DNA of 32,000 bases, taken from NCBI GenBank assembly GCA_000008885.1, contig BA000021.3:270001-302000 (forward strand), written 5' to 3'. Below, in pieces: positions 28,605 to 32,000 of the stretch (the stretch's first letter is position 1; every line of letters starts with the position of its first letter). The position numbers and the translations under genes were made by a program. This DNA is from Wigglesworthia glossinidia endosymbiont of Glossina brevipalpis (GTDB lineage Bacteria > Pseudomonadota > Gammaproteobacteria > Enterobacterales > Enterobacteriaceae). The notes below the pieces were generated by a model. The model did no database searches. It saw only the letters and a list, made by a program, of their open reading frames with translations, and was not told where the DNA came from.

Positions 28605-29221
28605 ATATATTTTACCTAATAATATATTTTTAAAAAATTTTTAAAATTACTTATTTTTTATATTTTTTAATTAAAAAATATATTTTTAATTTTTAAATTA
28701 AATATTTATGAAATTTTATTGAAGGATAATAATTATTAATATTAGATGTTTGTTTTAATTGTATTAAATTATAATTTTATTATAAATTAAATTCTGTTAG
28801 TTATAAAATTTTTATATTAAATATTTTTAATAATTTATAATAATATATTATTATTCATTATTAATTTAAAATTAATGTATATATTTATTATTTTTATATT
28901 TTAAATATAAAATATTTATTATTATAAATAATTAAAATAAGATATATAATGTTAATATAAATTAAATTTTTTTAATTTTTTATATTTTAAGTTAAAATTT
29001 TATAAAAAAATAATAAATTAATTTAATTTAATTCATTTAATTAATTTGCATAATTTATATTTTATATTAAAATGTTTTAATTAATTTTAAATTTTATTTA
29101 AAATAAAAATAAAATTATTTTTAATAAATTTAAAATAAATTTAATATATCAAAAAATAAAAAAAAGCAATATAATTTTAAAAAGTTTTATATTATAAATA
29201 TATAATTTAGAGATATAATAT
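28605..29221. other. 617-nt non-coding spacer of about 5% GC between divergent msbA and yajC
   Basis: I counted 29 G/C by hand in 617 nt. It holds no ORF of 60 aa or more on either strand and only low-complexity A/T words. Confidence 0.85.
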
Positions 29222-29563
29222 ATGAATATATTTTTTGAAAAAATTAATTTTGATTCATCTGCCATTCCTAATTCTCAAAATAACCCATATACCTTATTAA
29301 TAATGCTTCTTGTTTTTAGCATAATATTTTATTTTATTATTTTAAGGCCTCAACAAAAAAGAGCAAATGCTCATAAAAAATTAATGCTTTCTTTATCCAA
29401 TGGAGATGAAGTTTTAACTTCTTCTGGATTTATTGGTTATATTTTAAAAATAACAAGTTCTGATTATGTTGTACTAAAACTAAATGAAAATAATTCAGTT
29501 TTAATAAAAAAAGATTTTATTACAAGCATTTTACCAAAAGGTACAATTAAGTTGATTAAATGA
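29222..29563 (+). CDS. yajC: Sec translocon accessory protein YajC
   Basis: 113 aa. LLIMLLVFSIIFYFIILRPQQKRANAHKKLMLSLSNGDEVLTSSG and IKKDFITSILPKGT match E. coli YajC. No secD/secF follows. Confidence 0.93.
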   Translation: MNIFFEKINFDSSAIPNSQNNPYTLLIMLLVFSIIFYFIILRPQQKRANAHKKLMLSLSNGDEVLTSSGFIGYILKITSSDYVVLKLNENNSVLIKKDFITSILPKGTIKLIK

Positions 29564-29583
29564 AAAATTATTTTTATATAATT

Positions 29584-30453
29584 TTATTTTATTGTTTTAA
29601 ATAAATTAAATAATTTTTCTTTATCACAAGATCTTCTAATTATGTCTTTAAAAGAAAAATTTATTTTTATGTTTGTATTTATTTTTGTTAATTTATAATA
29701 TAAAAAAGCTTTTCTTTTATTCTTTTTTAGAGAATAAATAACTTTTTTGCTTTTTATATCAGTTAATTTATCAACTTTTCTTATATTATTATAAATATCC
29801 AATAAAGATGGAAACTTATTTAATAATTTTACAGCAGTTTTTTCTCCTATTCTTGGAATACCAGGTATATTATCAGAACAATCTCCAACTAAAGCTAAAT
29901 AGTCAGCTATAGAACAAGGAAATATTTTATACTTTAAATAAACCTCAATAACGTCATATATCTTATAATTATTAATATTAATTATATTAACATTTGAAGA
30001 AACTAATTGCATCATATCTTTATCGTTAGTAAATATAAAAACTTTCTTTCCTTGTTGTTCTAATTTTATGGACATGGTTCCTATTATATCATCTGATTCT
30101 ATTCCATCTATACAAAAAATAGAAAAACCCATAAAGCTAAGAATATTTTTTATAATTGGAATTTGATGCTTTAAATCTTCTGGCATTTTTTTTCTATTTG
30201 ATTTATAATTTTTATAGATTTTATTTCTTGATGTATTATGATGTGAATCAAACACTATAGCCACACAGTTTGTGCTGTATAGTCTTAATGTCTTTTTTAT
30301 CATTTTAATTATTCCGTATATAGCTCCAACTGATTTTCCTGATATATTTTTTATATTTGGAGCTCCAAAATATGCTTTATAAAGATATATAGATCCATCA
30401 ATTAATATTACGAATTTATCTAACTTTTTCATATAAGACATTATTTTTAACAA
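29584..30453 (-). CDS. polA: 5-prime to 3-prime exonuclease (FEN-like), a stand-alone N-terminal domain of DNA polymerase I with the Klenow portion absent
   Basis: ILIDGSIYLYKAYF, VFDSHH, GIESDDIIGT, TNDKDMMQLV and LVGDCSDNIPGIPRIGEKTAVKLL are colinear with E. coli Pol I residues 1 to about 290, and all acidic active-site motifs are retained. The gene ends 20 nt from convergent yajC. The true start is probably ATG 30441 or 30432 rather than TTG 30453. Confidence 0.9.
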   Translation of the reverse strand: MLKIMSYMKKLDKFVILIDGSIYLYKAYFGAPNIKNISGKSVGAIYGIIKMIKKTLRLYSTNCVAIVFDSHHNTSRNKIYKNYKSNRKKMPEDLKHQIPIIKNILSFMGFSIFCIDGIESDDIIGTMSIKLEQQGKKVFIFTNDKDMMQLVSSNVNIININNYKIYDVIEVYLKYKIFPCSIADYLALVGDCSDNIPGIPRIGEKTAVKLLNKFPSLLDIYNNIRKVDKLTDIKSKKVIYSLKKNKRKAFLYYKLTKINTNIKINFSFKDIIRRSCDKEKLFNLFKTIK

Positions 30454-30478
30454 AAATTTTTAATAAATAAAAAATAAT

Positions 30479-31108
30479 TTATATACTTTTATTAAGTAAA
30501 TATTTAATAATTTCAATATATTTATTAGAATATTCTTCTATTGAAGAAGCATAAATTTTATCATTATTAATTACATAACGTCCGTTAATTACTATCGTGG
30601 GAACACTTATTATATTTAATTTTTTTAAAAAGAATTCTTGTTTTTTAATAAAACATTTCACTAAAAAACTATTTTTAGCGTATTCGTATTGTTTTTTAGA
30701 AATTCCTAATTTATTGAATACAATAAGTATGTCTTCTTTATTTAAAATTTTTTTGTTGTTTTGAACTTCTTGAAATAAAATATCACTAATTTTGTTCTCT
30801 ACATTAAAAAATGTGGAAATGGCCCATATCAAAGACAAATCCACTGATTTAGGGCCAAAAAAGTTGGTATGATATTTTATAATTTTATCATTTTCTGATA
30901 TTATATTTCTTATATTTTCATTTATTTTATAAATTGAATTAAATTTATAACAATAAGAACAATAAAAAGAAAAAAACTCTATAATCTTATATTCATCAGA
31001 TATTATGTAATCTAGCTTATAATATTCTTTACCTTCAGAAGGTATTATTTTAGCATGTCCAAATAAAAATCCTGTATATAAAAAAATTATTAATATTAAC
31101 TTTTTCAT
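30479..31108 (-). CDS. dsbA: Periplasmic thiol:disulfide oxidoreductase DsbA (active site CSYC)
   Basis: 209 aa with an N-terminal signal-like segment MKKLILIIFLYTGFLFG. EFFSFYCSYCYKF matches E. coli EFFSFFCPHCYQF, and a cis-Pro loop ISVPTIVINGRY is present. Confidence 0.9.
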   Translation of the reverse strand: MKKLILIIFLYTGFLFGHAKIIPSEGKEYYKLDYIISDEYKIIEFFSFYCSYCYKFNSIYKINENIRNIISENDKIIKYHTNFFGPKSVDLSLIWAISTFFNVENKISDILFQEVQNNKKILNKEDILIVFNKLGISKKQYEYAKNSFLVKCFIKKQEFFLKKLNIISVPTIVINGRYVINNDKIYASSIEEYSNKYIEIIKYLLNKSI

Positions 31109-31139
31109 AAAAATTTAATAATGAAATTTTATTTTTAAT

Positions 31140-31172
31140 AAAAAATTCGCCCCGATTTAAATTTCGGGGCGA
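31140..31172 (-). terminator. Rho-independent terminator downstream of groEL
   Basis: A perfect 9-bp GC-rich stem pairs TCGCCCCGA (31147..31155) with TCGGGGCGA (31164..31172), with an 8-nt loop. On the minus strand it is followed by ATTTTTT. It lies 49 nt after the groEL stop and is a lone GC island in AT-rich DNA. Confidence 0.85.
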
Positions 31173-31220
31173 TTTTATATTTTAAATAAATAATGATTCA
31201 ATAATATTTTTATTATTGAA

Positions 31221-32000
31221 TTACATCATTCCTCCCATTCCTCCCATTCCAGCTCCTGCTCCGCTTAAATCAGGTTTTTCTTCTTTTGGAAGGTCTGTGA
31301 TCATGCATTCAGTTGTTATCATTAATCCAGCTATTGAAGCTGCATATTGTAAAGCAGATCTAGTTACTTTAGTTGGATCTAAAATTCCCATATCAATCAT
31401 ATTTCCATATACTTCTGTTGCTGCGTTATATCCGGTATTTCCTTCTCCTGCTTTTACTTTATTTGCAATTACAGATGGTTCTTCTCCTGCATTTGCCACT
31501 ATTTGACGAAGTGGAGCTTCCATAGCTCTTCTAGCAACTCGTATTCCTACGTTTTGGTCTTCGTTTTCACCTCTTAAATTTACAATGCGATTTGCTACTC
31601 TTATTAATGCTACTCCTCCTCCTGCTACTACTCCTTCTTCTACAGCTGCTCTGGTTGCATGTAAAGCATCTTCTACTCTAGCTTTTTTTTCTTTCATTTC
31701 AACTTCAGTTGCAGCTCCTACTTTTATTACTGCTACTCCACCTGCTAACTTTGCAACTCTTTCTTGAAGTTTTTCTTTATCATAGTCTGAAGTTGCTTCG
31801 TCACGCTCTTGATTTATTTGAGAAACTCTACTACTTATCATTGATTTATTTCCTGTTCCATCAATTATGGTAGTAGTGTCTTTTGTAATTACCACTCTTT
31901 TCGCTTGACCCATATCTTCCAATGTAGATTTTTCTAAATCTAATCCCATTTCTTCAGAAATGACAGTTCCTGAAGTTAATATAGCTATATCTTGAAGCAT
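31221..32000 (-). CDS. groEL: Chaperonin GroEL, C-terminal 259 aa (the gene continues beyond the right window edge)
   Basis: [44 protein letters not shown] and the C-terminal GGM tail [12 protein letters not shown] are present. The M at 32000 is an internal residue, not the start. Confidence 0.97.
   Translation of the reverse strand: MLQDIAILTSGTVISEEMGLDLEKSTLEDMGQAKRVVITKDTTTIIDGTGNKSMISSRVSQINQERDEATSDYDKEKLQERVAKLAGGVAVIKVGAATEVEMKEKKARVEDALHATRAAVEEGVVAGGGVALIRVANRIVNLRGENEDQNVGIRVARRAMEAPLRQIVANAGEEPSVIANKVKAGEGNTGYNAATEVYGNMIDMGILDPTKVTRSALQYAASIAGLMITTECMITDLPKEEKPDLSGAGAGMGGMGGMM

Noticed and set aside
28605-29221. Apparent repeats and short A/T palindromes in the msbA-yajC spacer (for example TTAATTTAATTTAATTCATTTAATTAATTT, and ATATTTTA paired with TAAAATAT), considered as tandem repeats, a CRISPR-like array or iterons. 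I also searched for DnaA boxes.
   Set aside because: At about 95% A+T such words and 8-bp palindromes are expected by chance. There is no regular repeat-spacer periodicity and no match to TTATCCACA within two mismatches.
31216-31767. Plus-strand ORFs 31216..31506 (with a [11 protein letters not shown] start) and 31585..31767.
   Set aside because: They are antisense to groEL. The Pro-rich start is simply the reverse complement of the GGM-repeat tail codons.

Overview
This is a very AT-rich (roughly 20-22% GC by eye), gene-dense window. It looks like part of a strongly reduced obligate insect endosymbiont genome derived from Enterobacterales. I can place 32 protein-coding genes and 3 tRNA genes. 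Almost all sit in short E. coli-like micro-synteny blocks: glmM-folP-ftsH-rlmE-greA; argV-serV-alaS-recA; hemC-hemD; folD-cysS-lpxH-purE-purK; ffh-rpsP-rimM-trmD-rplS; kdsB-ycaR-lpxK-msbA; polA-dsbA. The accessory and regulatory genes that separate them in E. coli are deleted. Lipid A/Kdo genes (lpxH, lpxK, kdsB, msbA), dsbA, recA and cofactor genes (folP, folD, ribB, hemC, hemD, gshA) are retained, which resembles Wigglesworthia more than Buchnera, but that is only a guess from memory. The standard code applies (TGA is a stop, TGG is Trp). I found no mobile elements, CRISPR, prophage, toxin-antitoxin, defence or secondary-metabolite loci, and no unassignable ORFs, so I do not think a novel multi-gene system is encoded here. 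Five things deserve a second look. (1) Four conserved housekeeping genes (rlmE, hemC, rimM, trmD) are each interrupted inside a sense-strand A9-A10 run, always into the -1 frame. One extra A in the mRNA or a -1 ribosomal slip would repair all four; homopolymer under-calling would also explain all four. (2) A full-length, essentially indel-free aroH-type DAHP synthase ORF has nearly every metal- and phosphate-binding residue replaced. (3) The CCA-adding enzyme has an eroded HD domain, and all three tRNA genes lack an encoded CCA. (4) polA is reduced to its 5-prime nuclease domain. (5) A 617-nt spacer of about 5% GC lies between divergent msbA and yajC.
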